Below, piece after piece: positions 8,679 to 18,671 of a stretch of DNA of 64,000 nucleotides. The stretch is taken from positions 32,001 through 96,000 of the IMG/VR virus record IMGVR_UViG_3300015607_003363; one strand, 5' to 3'. A program made the translations under genes and the position numbers. This DNA comes from a virus. Taxonomy: Duplodnaviria > Caudoviricetes. The notes beneath the pieces are model-generated. The model did no database searches. It worked only from the letters and a program-made list of their open reading frames with translations, and was not told where the DNA came from. Numbering within the stretch: the stretch's first letter is position 1; every line of letters starts with the position of its first letter.

Positions 8679-10500
8679 ACGAAAAACTAGCCTCCAAGTC
8701 ATAAAAGACTTCATCAATGTCCACCATAATCGATACGATTATAGCAAAGTCGAATATGTAAATTCTAGCGCTCATATTACGATAATTTGCAAAACCCATG
8801 GACCATTTCGGCAAATGCCGAGAGCACATCTTTCTGGTCAAGGATGCAGTAAATGCACACAATCAGAAAATTGGCGATCTGGCAAAAGCACACTAGATCG
8901 TTTCATTCAACGTGCTGTATCTATACATGGCGATCGATACTCCTATTATAATTCTAATTATAAAGGAAGTAATCAAAAAATCACTGTTACCTGTAAAATC
9001 CATGGTGATTTCTCTGTCAAAGCAAATGCTCATCTGAATGGCAATGGGTGTCCAAAATGCTCTAATAATAAATTGAAAACAAATGCCCAATTTATATCAG
9101 AATCACAAGCTAAACACGGTTTTAAATACGATTATAGCTTAGTGCAATATCTTTCATCTACCACTCCAGTTTTGATCATTTGCCCGTCACATGGTAAATT
9201 CAAACAACGACCAGTTAATCATATTGCTGGTCAAGGATGTAAGAAATGTGGAGTTGATCGATCTGCAAGCATTATAACTGGTTCATGTGATGATTTCATA
9301 GCCAAATCTATTAAAGTACATGGTAATTTATATGATTATACAGATGTCGAATATGTCAGGGCAACCATCCCAGTCAAAATAAAATGTAGAAAGCATGGCG
9401 TTTTTTTACAAAGACCACGTGATCACGTTAATAGTAGTAACGGTTGTCCTAAATGTAGTAATAATCAAACTAAAACCACTGGGGAATTTATTACTGAGGC
9501 AAATCTTCGTTGGAGTGGTCGATATATTTATGATCACACAGACTATAAAAACAGCAAGACGAATGTCACAATAACTTGTAGAAAACACGGTGATTTTAAT
9601 ATTGCGGCTGGTTATCATTTAGCCAGAGGCGGATGCCCGACGTGCTCTCTATCATCTGACCAATATGATCTTAGTGAATTTATTAAATCTGCTAAACCAT
9701 GCTCAATTATACTCAATGATCGCACAACAATAAAACCGTTTGAACTAGATATCTACATTCCTGATCATAAATTGGCTATAGAGTTGAATGGAAATTATTG
9801 GCATTCATACGAGTCACCGGAAACGCACGAACAACGCATGAGACACAGTTTAAAATGCGACAAATGTTCGAGTATCGGGATTAAATTATTACAATTTACA
9901 GACGCAGAATGGTCTAATAAAAAAGAGATAGTAAAATCTATGATATTAAACAACTTACAGTTATCATCTAAAATTCATGCAAGAAAATGTGCCGTCGATG
10001 ATGAGCCGCCCAATCAACAGTCATTTTTTAATACAAATCACCTTTACGGTCACAGACCGGGATCGGTATCTATTAATTTAAATTATAAAGACGAAACGGT
10101 CGCAGCAATCAATTTTATCGATTATAAAGATGGTCGTTGGGAAATCTGCCGTTTCGCTACTAAATTGAACCATTGTGTTGTTGGTGGCCTAAGTAGATTA
10201 TTACAGGCATTTATTAAAATCCATAAGCCAAAAACTATTATGACCTATGCTGACAGAAGATTTTCATCTGGAATAGGTTATATGTCCTGCGGATTCAAAT
10301 TAATTAAAATCACTAAACCGAATTATTGTTATCTAGATTGTAGAATGAATGTACTTTCTCGCCAGAAATGTCAAAAACACAAGTTGCCCAAATTACTACC
10401 TGTCTGCGATCCTGACTTATCAGAATCGCAGAATATGTTTAACAATGGGTATCGTAGGCTATGGGATGCTGGGCATTTCAAATTCATATTGAATATCTAA
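8671..10500 (+). mobile_element. free-standing putative homing endonuclease with five CxxHG...GCxxC repeats, Vsr-like nuclease and GNAT-like C-terminus
   Basis: Repeated YDYS...ICxxHGxF...HLxGxGCxxC; ELDIYIPDHKLAIELNGNYWH; EICRFA...YADRRFS...RLWDAG; AT-rich and opposite in strand to its neighbours. Confidence 0.8.
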
Positions 10501-10507
10501 TAGTAAA

Positions 10508-10729
10508 CTAATCCTTCTTCAGTTCCAGATAGTCGCTTATCGTCTTCATTAACATGAATGTTGTCGTACTAATAGTATTCAAAGTCTCATCTTCTGTTTC
10601 ACCCATGGCTTTAATCAGTTTTCTAACTTCGACATTCAGTTCATTTACCAGTCTCTTTAACTCTGTTAGATGCGTGTCGATCTTTTCCGGATTATTCATG
10701 TTTGCTCCTAAGCAGTGCCGTCTGTACAT
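10508..10729 (-). CDS. small helical hypothetical protein
   Basis: Likely start MNNPEKID with GGAG upstream. Confidence 0.45.
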   Translation of the reverse strand: MYRRHCLGANMNNPEKIDTHLTELKRLVNELNVEVRKLIKAMGETEDETLNTISTTTFMLMKTISDYLELKKD

Positions 10730-12024
10730 GGGTTACAATCTTGTTCAGCTGGACGGTCAGAGTTCATTATAACCCATGGATACTTAATACTTCTTGTGCC
10801 ATCCGGTGTAGCCCATACTCCATTAGTCGATTCGATATCACTATAGCCAATCCAGTCGAAATTATACTCATTATAAAAATCGCCGACTTGACAACCGGCA
10901 ATAGGAGTCCACTGAGGCAACTCTAATGTCGCCCTAACGTTGGTTTCGTCTTCCAGCTTCCATCGCCTGAATCTCTTACAGGAATTAAATGTTTTCTCTA
11001 CAGCCAGCAGGTTCGACTTATAAGGATGGTCTGGGGCGATATCAGGTATGCCGGGAACGGTAATTCTACTAATGCATTGGGCGTTTGGAATTTCTGACCT
11101 TGTGAACGCTATAGCATCCCTTAACTCGTCTACTCGCAATTCGATAACTGGTTGGGCGTAACTGACACGTGGCGGAAGAACTGTCTTTATGACATTGATA
11201 TAGCTCTTGCCAGCGGTTCCGGGATCGCCTTTTTCGCCTTTCTGTAGTGCTCTGAAATACCATCGATCATTGAAGGACCCGCTAAGCAGGTTAATAGTGG
11301 CAGTCAGATATCCGTCTGCATAGATGGCTGATGAATTAGGGTTGAGTTTGAATGATAGGCTGGTGGATTTCAGCTGAGTAGGCGATGTTCCATCGACTGG
11401 AACGTCTGCAGATATTATTACTCCATCATCGGTATACTCTGGTGGTCGGACGGAAAACAGTCTTAGGCTTATATCTTCACCATTTATGTTCTTAACTGGT
11501 ATTTTGATGACTATCTGTTTTTCTGTAAATGATGAAAAACGGCTAGTGATATTGTGAGTAGGCTCGCCACAGATGACGGCATCTGGGATAGCGTCGTATC
11601 CGGGATCTCCTCTGTCGCCTACGTCGCCTCTATCGCCTTTTCTCGCCATTGAGATGAAATGTCTGAGTATCTCATGGATGTTTATTTCTAATCGTAGTGA
11701 TTCGTCGCCTTCTATGATGAAGTTGATTGTGTTGTTGCTTGATTTCAGGATGTAGTAGTATACATCGGTTATTGGGCTTAATTTGAAGAATGCTGGTAGG
11801 TTTGTTAGGGTCGGTCCGAATTTTTCTTTGAGTTCATTAATTTCTGTCTGGATTGCTGGCGTTGCTAGACCGTCTTGTTCTTCGTTGACTTCGGGAAGGG
11901 TTTGTACTATTCCTGTCTGTCTAAAGTTGTTGGTTTCTTTGTCATATTCCCAGATTATACCTAAATAATCTATATATTTGGTACCTTCTACTATGTTCGT
12001 TTTGGGAAGAAATGGTATGTTCAT
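10708..12024 (-). CDS. putative virion protein with short collagen-like GXY runs
   Basis: KGDRGDVGDRGDPG and KGEKGDPGTAG. Confidence 0.55.
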   Translation of the reverse strand: MNIPFLPKTNIVEGTKYIDYLGIIWEYDKETNNFRQTGIVQTLPEVNEEQDGLATPAIQTEINELKEKFGPTLTNLPAFFKLSPITDVYYYILKSSNNTINFIIEGDESLRLEINIHEILRHFISMARKGDRGDVGDRGDPGYDAIPDAVICGEPTHNITSRFSSFTEKQIVIKIPVKNINGEDISLRLFSVRPPEYTDDGVIISADVPVDGTSPTQLKSTSLSFKLNPNSSAIYADGYLTATINLLSGSFNDRWYFRALQKGEKGDPGTAGKSYINVIKTVLPPRVSYAQPVIELRVDELRDAIAFTRSEIPNAQCISRITVPGIPDIAPDHPYKSNLLAVEKTFNSCKRFRRWKLEDETNVRATLELPQWTPIAGCQVGDFYNEYNFDWIGYSDIESTNGVWATPDGTRSIKYPWVIMNSDRPAEQDCNPCTDGTA

Positions 12025-12039
12025 AGTTTATGTATACTT

Positions 12040-12430
12040 AAAGGGCTTCCCCCGTCATACAAATAACTTGCAAGACGAGAAGCTATATTATTTTTAAATT
12101 TCTTACAGTCTTTGTACGATTGTGGTCAATGTGTATTGGCCTTACCCTGTTTGTTCGTATGACATCTGACCGGGACGCAGCCCTAATGTTAGATCAAATA
12201 CTAACTCGTTGCCCGGAGAAAAACCCAAGTTTCCTTGGTAAACGTGGTTGACCGAATACGTAGCCCCCGTTACGACTCATTGACACAAGTGGAGGTTAAA
12301 ACACTCGTTCGTATGTTCAGTTCTTCTTATCGCGGGTAAGAACTTCTGAATAAGATAGACCCGTCTGTTATATGAACAGAAGTTGACTATAATCATCCTC
12401 AACGAACCGCATTCGCACACAGTTCGCCGA
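12040..12430 (-). ncRNA. candidate structured non-coding RNA or long 5' leader
   Basis: ORF-free gap with several hairpins; GNRA tetraloops (GCGA at 12404-12425, GAAA at 12225-12238) read on the minus strand. Confidence 0.35.
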
Positions 12431-12563
12431 ACATAAATACGTCATCACTAGCCATGACACTAATGGTATTATATGAGCATTAGATTCTCAGAATGACAGA
12501 ATCGCTTTTAATCAATAGTATCATCAGACAGTTCCAATTCACATCTATCGCAGGAAACAGCTA

Positions 12564-13523
12564 ATGCCTAAGTTTGTAGAACCACAAGTGCACTTTATTG
12601 GTGCAACCAAACTCGACACCAAAGCCGTTGAGCGATATCTAATGGCTAGCGGAAATGAAGACTTTATCCATTCAATGATAGCTGCCGAAGATCAAGGGAT
12701 CGACAGTGCAGAAATCTTGTGTAGCATGCTGGCCAAACTCTGCTATAAGAGCCTGTCACTTGGCCATAATGCCAATATTAGTCGAACCAGAGACATCAAA
12801 GAAAACATCGAGCATTGTTTTGAGACAGGTCACAATAGCGTCTTCAGACATGCCACCTTCAATTTCATAGTTTCTGGTTCACGTGTTTTCACACATGAAC
12901 TGGTTCGCCATGGTATCGGAACAGCATTTAGTCAGAATAGTGGCCGCTACATCAGAATCGAAGAAATCGAATATGTCGCCGATCCAATTTTGAGCGACTG
13001 CGTCGATGAACAGATGGCCGTTCTTCAGCACATAGAGAAGGCCATCTATGATATCGAATGCAAGAAAAACATGCGGGTTCCCAATCCGGAATATCCCGGC
13101 GACAAGGATGCCTATCTGACACAGGGAAAATTCTACAAGTGGATTCCAAACAAAGCTTTTCCCATGGATTTGAAGAAACAATTAACTTCTGCCATTCGTC
13201 GTATTGCCCCTGATGGCAGAAATAATGAGATCGGTGTGACGTTCAATATTACGGCGGTTCGACATATGATGATGCAACGCACATCACGATATGCCGAGTG
13301 GGAAATTCGATTCGTTTTTGACAAGATCTATCGGATTCTCAAAGAGAAGTATAAGATGCTTTTCTACGGGGCAAGGGAGTTCGTTTGTCCTGATGGATTG
13401 ATTGAAGTGTCCAATATGACCATGCAGCCTTATGATCGCCCAACCAAGGAACAGGTTCTGAAGTCTCTAACTGATGAAGAGGTTCAGAAACTGGCTCAAG
13501 AACGCGGTGTCATCAGCTTGTAG
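12564..13523 (+). CDS. thyX: flavin-dependent thymidylate synthase
   Basis: GHNSVFRH, SRVFTHELVRHG...SQNSGRY, AEWEIR. Confidence 0.9.
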   Translation: MPKFVEPQVHFIGATKLDTKAVERYLMASGNEDFIHSMIAAEDQGIDSAEILCSMLAKLCYKSLSLGHNANISRTRDIKENIEHCFETGHNSVFRHATFNFIVSGSRVFTHELVRHGIGTAFSQNSGRYIRIEEIEYVADPILSDCVDEQMAVLQHIEKAIYDIECKKNMRVPNPEYPGDKDAYLTQGKFYKWIPNKAFPMDLKKQLTSAIRRIAPDGRNNEIGVTFNITAVRHMMMQRTSRYAEWEIRFVFDKIYRILKEKYKMLFYGAREFVCPDGLIEVSNMTMQPYDRPTKEQVLKSLTDEEVQKLAQERGVISL

Positions 13524-13543
13524 TGGTAGTCCAGATGGCCGAC

Positions 13544-14635
13544 TTAAAGATCGCTTAGGTCGGCTTCTTTTTCGGCGATTATTGCCATTGTTTCTTCCAC
13601 TATTTCGTTGTTTAGTTCGTTTAGTCTGGCAAGATTGTATTCGTTAGTTTCTATTTTTCGTGTCGTCAGGAATTTTGAGAAAATGTCGCGTACGTTGGTA
13701 TGCTTGAGTTCAAGATTATTAGAGCTGATGATTTCTTTTTGTTTTCTTTCTGTATATCGTACTGATAATGCACCTTCGTGGTTCATTAGTCTTTCTCTAA
13801 TGATTGATTTTTCAGCATCTGATATTGGTTCTTCCAGTAGGATTCTGATGTGATTTTTGGCGACATTCTGTGACTGTTCCAGTTCGTCGTATTTGATCAT
13901 GACATAGTCGGCTGGCCGGTCTTTGTCGTTGAGGGCCATCAGGTTTACGAATTGGTGTGTTCTTTTGATGGTATCATAGACGATGATGCCATGTGGTACT
14001 CCTCCTTCTTCTGAGCGCAGTGGAATAGGACTGCCAATATACCATGTGTTATCACCTACTTGCTGGTGGATGTGGTAGTGGCCTGTATAGATTCTTTTGA
14101 ATTTGGTTGCCGTCAGGTCTGTGTCTGACCAGTTTTTGGCCATGAAGCAGCTATTTAGTCTTGCTTTGTTGGTGCCGACGTGAGTCAGCAATATGGTGTT
14201 TTCTAGGTTCGGCTCTGCTTTTTGTTCCATTTCTGTCAGAACCATGTTATATCCGGCGTGGTCGTGGATGTAGGGTAGAATCATGAAGTCGATTCCATCC
14301 ATTTTCAGTGTGGCTGTTTTGTTGATGACTTCCACGTTTTTATTGATGCTGAGCAGGCTGTTTTTGTTCCAGTTGTGTTTCATGTGCATGTCGTGGTTGC
14401 CGGGGAACCACATCCAGTCTATTCCCATGCTTTTTGATTCTTGGAATATTTCATGAGCCATGTAGAGCGATTCTAGGGAAATAGCGTCTCGGTTGTCGAA
14501 TAGATCGCCGAGTCCGAAGATCATATCGCAGTTGATTTGCTTGGCTATTTTCAGTGTCTTTCTTGCGGACCAGAGTACGTCTTTTGATTTGCTTCCGAAT
14601 CCGAGGTGGTAGTCGGCGACTTGTATGATTCGCAT
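13544..14635 (-). CDS. Mre11/SbcD/gp47-like recombination nuclease
   Basis: DYHLG, GDLFD, GNHD, GHYH metallophosphoesterase motifs. Confidence 0.9.
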   Translation of the reverse strand: MRIIQVADYHLGFGSKSKDVLWSARKTLKIAKQINCDMIFGLGDLFDNRDAISLESLYMAHEIFQESKSMGIDWMWFPGNHDMHMKHNWNKNSLLSINKNVEVINKTATLKMDGIDFMILPYIHDHAGYNMVLTEMEQKAEPNLENTILLTHVGTNKARLNSCFMAKNWSDTDLTATKFKRIYTGHYHIHQQVGDNTWYIGSPIPLRSEEGGVPHGIIVYDTIKRTHQFVNLMALNDKDRPADYVMIKYDELEQSQNVAKNHIRILLEEPISDAEKSIIRERLMNHEGALSVRYTERKQKEIISSNNLELKHTNVRDIFSKFLTTRKIETNEYNLARLNELNNEIVEETMAIIAEKEADLSDL

Positions 14636-16424
14636 TATTCGTCCTTTTGTTAGTATTACTAGGTGTTATTGTGATACCATGAAGGAGTTCATTAACGTGA
14701 CAGTGGCAACCGACTTATCAAGTATTCGTGAAGAAGCTATAAGGACCTTTCCATATCAGTCTTCTAGACCGGGACAGATAGAGGCTATTTCCCAGATCGT
14801 ATATCAATTCAGATCCGGCAAGAAGCATGTGATTCTCGATGCTCCCACCGGGCAGGGCAAATCGATTATAGCTATCACTACCGCTATGATGATGGAGTCT
14901 AGCTTTTATCTGACTTCCAGCAAGATTCTGCAGTCACAGATTTCTTCTGAATTTGGTAGAGAGGGAACTGTCAATCAGGTCTATTCAGATCTGAAGGGCA
15001 GGAATGCCTATCCTTGTACTTTCTATGATGTTCATGGGCCTGATCTCTTAAAGCAGCAGAAGGTGAAAGAGTCGCGTCTGTTAGAGTTGCAGCAGGTCAA
15101 ACGTGACTGCGGATCTACTAGCCATTGCAGAAAGCAATTAGGGCGTGGTCGCTGTACTCAGTGTTTCTTTCCTGAGAAACTGGACGATCAGGCACAGCAG
15201 AGGTGGCGTGAGAAGTTCGGCATGGTTGATACTACATGCCCTTATTATGAGCGTGTCTTTGAAGCCTCGTCTAACAAGCATGCCTCTATGAATTATCATA
15301 GTTTCCTATATCAGACGGCCTATACGGACAATTTCGTAATGCCTAGGGACCTCATGATTCTAGATGAGGCTCATGGGGCTTTCAAATCGATTTTAGATTT
15401 TACCCAAGTAAATATGTCCCAAGCTGTGTTTGGCAAGATTGTCATTCCGCGATTCGGGTCTTACATAGAATATGCAGAGTGGGCTATCGAGAATGATATT
15501 GCCGGTAAGTTGACTATTTTAGCCGCTGCTGCTTACGAGCAGCGGAAGTTGGAAGAGTCTGAGCGTCTTACAGAGGTAATCGGCAGACTTCAGATATTTA
15601 TAGAGAGTGCCACCGGTGGCAATGAATGGGTTATGGTGATAGAGGATAATCCTACTGTCAGAGGACAGATCGACACTGTTAGATTGAAGCCTGTGATGGC
15701 TTGCGATTTTTCAGATAGGCTCTTTTTTAATCGGGCCAATCATTTTCTGCACATGAGTGCGACGATTTTAAGCCCTAAGCTGTTCGCTAAGAATCTTGGT
15801 ATAACCGACTATCATTATATCAAGATGGGTTGCGATTTTCCTGTGGAGAATCGCCCTATTTTCCTGATGCCAGCTTACAGGGCTTCTGGTGGCAAGGCCA
15901 ATCAGGGTGGGTGGGAGCCTAAGCTCATCAAGGCTGTCGATGCGATTTTGGAGCGTCATGCTGATGACCGTGGGATCGTTCATACTCATAATTTTTCGAT
16001 TTCTAAGGCCATCTTGGACAAGTCTAAGTTCAGAAATCGGATTACCTATCAGCATAACTTCCCGTCTAAGGAAGAAATGCTAGAGGCTCATGCTAATAAA
16101 CATGCTTCGGTGATTGTCGCGCCTGCTATGCATGAAGGCCTTGATTTGAAGGATGATCTGGCTCGTTTTCAGATTATCGCCAAGTGTCCTTATCCGAACC
16201 CATATGATGATGAGCAGTTAAAGAGGTTAATCGATGCATTTGATGGCATGTGGGATTACATCACTGCTCTGAAGCTCATTCAGGGTATTGGTCGTGGAGT
16301 GCGGCATAATCAGGATTGGGCTAAGACGTATGTTCTTGATCAGGTTGCCTGTGACTTCCTTACTGGCAAGGGCAAGGTCTTCGTTCCTAACTGGATTTCC
16401 AGTGCTATCAAGAAGATCAACTAA
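14625..16424 (+). CDS. DinG/XPD-family SF2 helicase (likely start 14679)
   Basis: APTGQGKS, LKGRNAYPC, CPYY, DEAH, MSAT, EGLD, QGIGRGVRH. Confidence 0.88.
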   Translation: MIRIIRPFVSITRCYCDTMKEFINVTVATDLSSIREEAIRTFPYQSSRPGQIEAISQIVYQFRSGKKHVILDAPTGQGKSIIAITTAMMMESSFYLTSSKILQSQISSEFGREGTVNQVYSDLKGRNAYPCTFYDVHGPDLLKQQKVKESRLLELQQVKRDCGSTSHCRKQLGRGRCTQCFFPEKLDDQAQQRWREKFGMVDTTCPYYERVFEASSNKHASMNYHSFLYQTAYTDNFVMPRDLMILDEAHGAFKSILDFTQVNMSQAVFGKIVIPRFGSYIEYAEWAIENDIAGKLTILAAAAYEQRKLEESERLTEVIGRLQIFIESATGGNEWVMVIEDNPTVRGQIDTVRLKPVMACDFSDRLFFNRANHFLHMSATILSPKLFAKNLGITDYHYIKMGCDFPVENRPIFLMPAYRASGGKANQGGWEPKLIKAVDAILERHADDRGIVHTHNFSISKAILDKSKFRNRITYQHNFPSKEEMLEAHANKHASVIVAPAMHEGLDLKDDLARFQIIAKCPYPNPYDDEQLKRLIDAFDGMWDYITALKLIQGIGRGVRHNQDWAKTYVLDQVACDFLTGKGKVFVPNWISSAIKKIN

Positions 16425-16442
16425 CAACAGGAGATAGAGATC

Positions 16443-16844
16443 ATGGCGGCGACTATTATAGGCGGGGACGATGTGGAAGCTCTTCGAAGGCGCGATGTGC
16501 CTTTCGAATCCCGTGATGAGATGGCCGAGATGCTGGAAGATTTCTATATGCATTTGCGTGAGTTGTGTGAGCAGTACCATATTGCGCATATGTATTCCGT
16601 CATCAAGGTCGGCTACAAATGCAAGGATGAGAATGGTCAGGATGCCGTGGAAGGCGGAATGATGGTTAGTATGATTGGCGACACTTCAAGGGCTTTGGAT
16701 TTCGCCGCTTTTGGTTATGGATTTGAGAAATCGTCTCATGATGAGCGTATTAAGCGTATGCTGGACAATGGTGCAGATATTGCTAAACAGCCGATAGTTT
16801 CTAATGAGGATGATGTTGATGCCAGATCAAGTACCAAATCTTAA
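16443..16844 (+). CDS. hypothetical protein
   Basis: 133 aa ORF with AGGAG RBS. Confidence 0.6.
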   Translation: MAATIIGGDDVEALRRRDVPFESRDEMAEMLEDFYMHLRELCEQYHIAHMYSVIKVGYKCKDENGQDAVEGGMMVSMIGDTSRALDFAAFGYGFEKSSHDERIKRMLDNGADIAKQPIVSNEDDVDARSSTKS

Positions 16845-18609
16845 TGCAGTTGATGCACAGACTCTTATTATTAGAGGGTTTCAGTCATTTGGTGATTACG
16901 ACACTTCGATAGACATTGGGGCATTAGGTCCGTGTCTGATCATAGGTAGCACTAACGGTGATTTTGAGCGCAGTAATGGCTCTGGAAAGAGTTCTATTAT
17001 CAATGCTATGCTGTGGTGCCTGTTTGGTCGGACTATGCATGCTGACCAGCCCGGCGACAGGATTATCAATAAATTCTGCAATCAGGTTTCAGTGACTATT
17101 GTCATGAAGAATGGGACTGTGGTCACTAGAACACGTGCCAAAGGCGGGGAGACTGAGTTATCGATTAATGGCGAAGTGTATGGCACTACCAGCATTCAGA
17201 ATAAGTATATGGTTAAAATGATCGGGTCTGACTGGAAGCAGTTTACTAGCTCGGCTGTTATTACCCAATCGCACAAGGCATGGTTATCTTTACCTGCTCC
17301 TACTCGTCGTAAGGAATTTGAACGCCTTTTTAAGCTTGATATTATTAACGATCTGGCACAGACAGCTAAGCGTCGCATAGTCACTATGAATACGAGTGTG
17401 ACTACGGTCAAGGATGAAATCTCTAAGCTGAAGAGTGAATTGACTGCCAATGCCAGCAGGCTGGTGTCTTTACGAGCTTCTGCTGAAAATTTCAGTGCTA
17501 ATGTTGATGCAGAGGTCAAAGCTCTGAATGACAAGGCTGATGAGTATGATGCGCTGGCTGATTCGCAGCCGGTTATCGATGTGGATAAGATAAAGAAGAA
17601 ATGGGAGAATTATCAGGCTGCAGTGAAAGTAGTTGATCAGTTGAAGCAGAAGAAGGCCGGATTAGATGCTGAACTGAGGGCGGCGAAACTGCAGATAGCT
17701 TCTATAGAGAATAAGATCAAGTCTGCCAACACTATGTCAGGCACCACATGCTCTCTATGTAATCAGGAGATTTCTGGTGATCATATTGCGAATGAGATCG
17801 CTGCTCTGACCGCCTCTAAGGATGAGTCTATTGCCGTCCGCGATGGTCTGATAGATCAGATTCAAAAGCACTCTGTTAAGATAGCTGAAGTTGATCAGAT
17901 GCTGATCGACAAGAAGCCACAGTATACACAGCAGGAGGCTGTCAATATAGCCAACTCCATTGTTCAATATAGGAAGTTCGCGCAGCGTGACCGTCTAGCT
18001 GCTGAGAATAAGGCGAAATCGACTAATGCTTATCATTCTTTGATTCAGGAGGCAGAAACCAAAGCTTCTGAATTGGAAGAATCTATTAAGCTAAAGGAAT
18101 CTGAATTGACTGTGAGGGTGGATGACATAAGGCATGCCAATTTGATTTACAAGAGTTATAACGACAAGGACAAGATCAAGTCTGACTTAGTTGGTGATCT
18201 AGTCAAGTCCTTTAATAGTTATCTGCTGCATTTTACTGAGTTATTTGATTCTGACATAGGCATTGCTATTGACCGGGCGTTGAATATTATCACGTCTTGT
18301 GGTCATAGTTTCGATTTTTGCTCTGGTGGTGAGCATCAGAGGGTTGATCTGGCGATTGATTTGAGCATATTTTTGACTAATGTGTCATTGTATGGTAAGT
18401 ACAGCAATATTATGGTATTGGATGAGGTTGATTCTAAGATGGATACTGCTGGTGTTCAGGCTCTGGTGACGGCTGTTAATGATGATTTGTCACAGCGGTT
18501 TGATTCGATCATGGTAGTTTCGCATATGTACAGGATGCGTGATTCTTTTCCTTCTAGGATTATTGTGGATAAGAGAGATGGTTTTAGTTATGCGACTGTT
18601 GAGCAATAG
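16804..18609 (+). CDS. Rad50/SbcC/gp46-like ABC ATPase
   Basis: NGSGKSS, coiled coil with CSLC zinc hook, CSGGE signature, VLDEVD Walker B. Confidence 0.92.
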   Translation: MRMMLMPDQVPNLNAVDAQTLIIRGFQSFGDYDTSIDIGALGPCLIIGSTNGDFERSNGSGKSSIINAMLWCLFGRTMHADQPGDRIINKFCNQVSVTIVMKNGTVVTRTRAKGGETELSINGEVYGTTSIQNKYMVKMIGSDWKQFTSSAVITQSHKAWLSLPAPTRRKEFERLFKLDIINDLAQTAKRRIVTMNTSVTTVKDEISKLKSELTANASRLVSLRASAENFSANVDAEVKALNDKADEYDALADSQPVIDVDKIKKKWENYQAAVKVVDQLKQKKAGLDAELRAAKLQIASIENKIKSANTMSGTTCSLCNQEISGDHIANEIAALTASKDESIAVRDGLIDQIQKHSVKIAEVDQMLIDKKPQYTQQEAVNIANSIVQYRKFAQRDRLAAENKAKSTNAYHSLIQEAETKASELEESIKLKESELTVRVDDIRHANLIYKSYNDKDKIKSDLVGDLVKSFNSYLLHFTELFDSDIGIAIDRALNIITSCGHSFDFCSGGEHQRVDLAIDLSIFLTNVSLYGKYSNIMVLDEVDSKMDTAGVQALVTAVNDDLSQRFDSIMVVSHMYRMRDSFPSRIIVDKRDGFSYATVEQ

Positions 18610-18611
18610 TA

Positions 18612-18650
18612 TAAAAGAAACCCCACGAACTCTTGCGGTATTCGTGGGGT
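18612..18650 (-). terminator. intrinsic terminator between convergent genes
   Basis: ACCCCACGAA/TTCGTGGGGT 10 bp stem with a U-rich tail on the minus strand. Confidence 0.7.
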
Positions 18651-18671
18651 CGGGTTATAGCGGTATTTTGT

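Noticed and set aside
8671-9650. Repeat array or DGR-like template in the nuclease gene
   Set aside because: The repeats are diverged protein-level Zn modules; no reverse transcriptase or adenine-specific TR/VR pair is seen.
12075-12115. Group I intron core (AAGACUGUA...UAUAGCU P7-like pairing on the minus strand)
   Set aside because: Only about 16 nt separate the two strands, too short for P3 and P8, and no interrupted gene flanks it.
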